Of a stretch of DNA of 64,000 nt, positions 63,640 to 64,000 are shown piece after piece. The position numbers were made by a program, and so were the translations under genes. The notes beneath the pieces are model-generated. The model was not told where the DNA came from, made no database searches, and was given only the letters and a program-made list of their open reading frames with translations. Origin of the DNA: a virus (lineage: Duplodnaviria > Caudoviricetes); IMG/VR virus record IMGVR_UViG_3300042013_000103; one strand, 5' to 3'. Every line of letters begins with the position of its first letter. The stretch's first letter is position 1.

Positions 63640-64000
63640 GGTTTCTTCTCAGCAGTGGGTTTTTGGACAGGTGGAATATAGGCTTTCAATTCCAAATCGG
63701 CTACATATACTAAACCGCCCAGTAGTCTTAACTGACTGGCTACGGCGTTGTTGTAATCGACCGCCAAGCGGTTGACGTTGTGCAGCATCAGGGTCACATC
63801 ATGGATGATTTCTGAGACAGCAGGGATACCCGGGGCTTTGGCCCCCTCCTCGTCATCGTCGTGTTCTTTTCCATCGGGTGTGCGAATCTGTCCGGCTTTG
63901 GTGCGCACCCGTTCGGCTGCCGCTTGGAGTTTGCGGATGCTGGCCGCGAGTTTCTGTTCCGTCCCTTTACGGGCCACGAAGCGGGTGGTCACCGCCGTCA
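63636..64000 (-). CDS. C-terminal part of a virion protein, 5'-truncated by the window edge
   Basis: Frame is open to the window end; its stop overlaps the next start. Confidence 0.5.
   Translation of the reverse strand, partial: TAVTTRFVARKGTEQKLAASIRKLQAAAERVRTKAGQIRTPDGKEHDDDEEGAKAPGIPAVSEIIHDVTLMLHNVNRLAVDYNNAVASQLRLLGGLVYVADLELKAYIPPVQKPTAEKKP

Noticed and set aside
1-64000. CRISPR array, tRNA, integrase/transposase, stop-codon recoding
   Set aside because: No regularly spaced repeats, cloverleafs or recombinase motifs seen by eye (tRNAscan not run); conserved genes are intact under the standard code.

Overview
A 64-kb segment of a phiKZ-like jumbo phage (probably Chimalliviridae) infecting a Gram-negative host. 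No chimallin gene is in the window, so nucleus formation is inferred only. Most real genes are on the minus strand; the many long plus-strand ORFs are antisense shadows. Left to right: (1) a truncated tail spike with an Ala-rich stalk and beta-helix head, which the ORF track missed; (2) a lysis cluster (PG-binding muramidase endolysin, holin candidate, overlapping i-/o-spanins) plus RuvC; (3) a tail-fibre/baseplate paralog array with an embedded 2OG-Fe(II) oxygenase, a degenerate DSBH partner and a chaperone-like gene; (4) portal and conserved virion genes; (5) a Q-rich protein, non-virion RNAP beta subunit, major capsid protein and DnaB; (6) a ~15-kb accessory/early region (35.3-50.7 kb) of small ORFs organised by repeated TATATTAC-type early promoters and hairpin terminators, with many small membrane proteins, tandem paralogs and a DarG-like macrodomain; (7) conserved virion genes and an array of inner-head paralogs with protease sites. 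All assignments come from motif recognition and synteny recalled from phiKZ-like phages; no database search was run.
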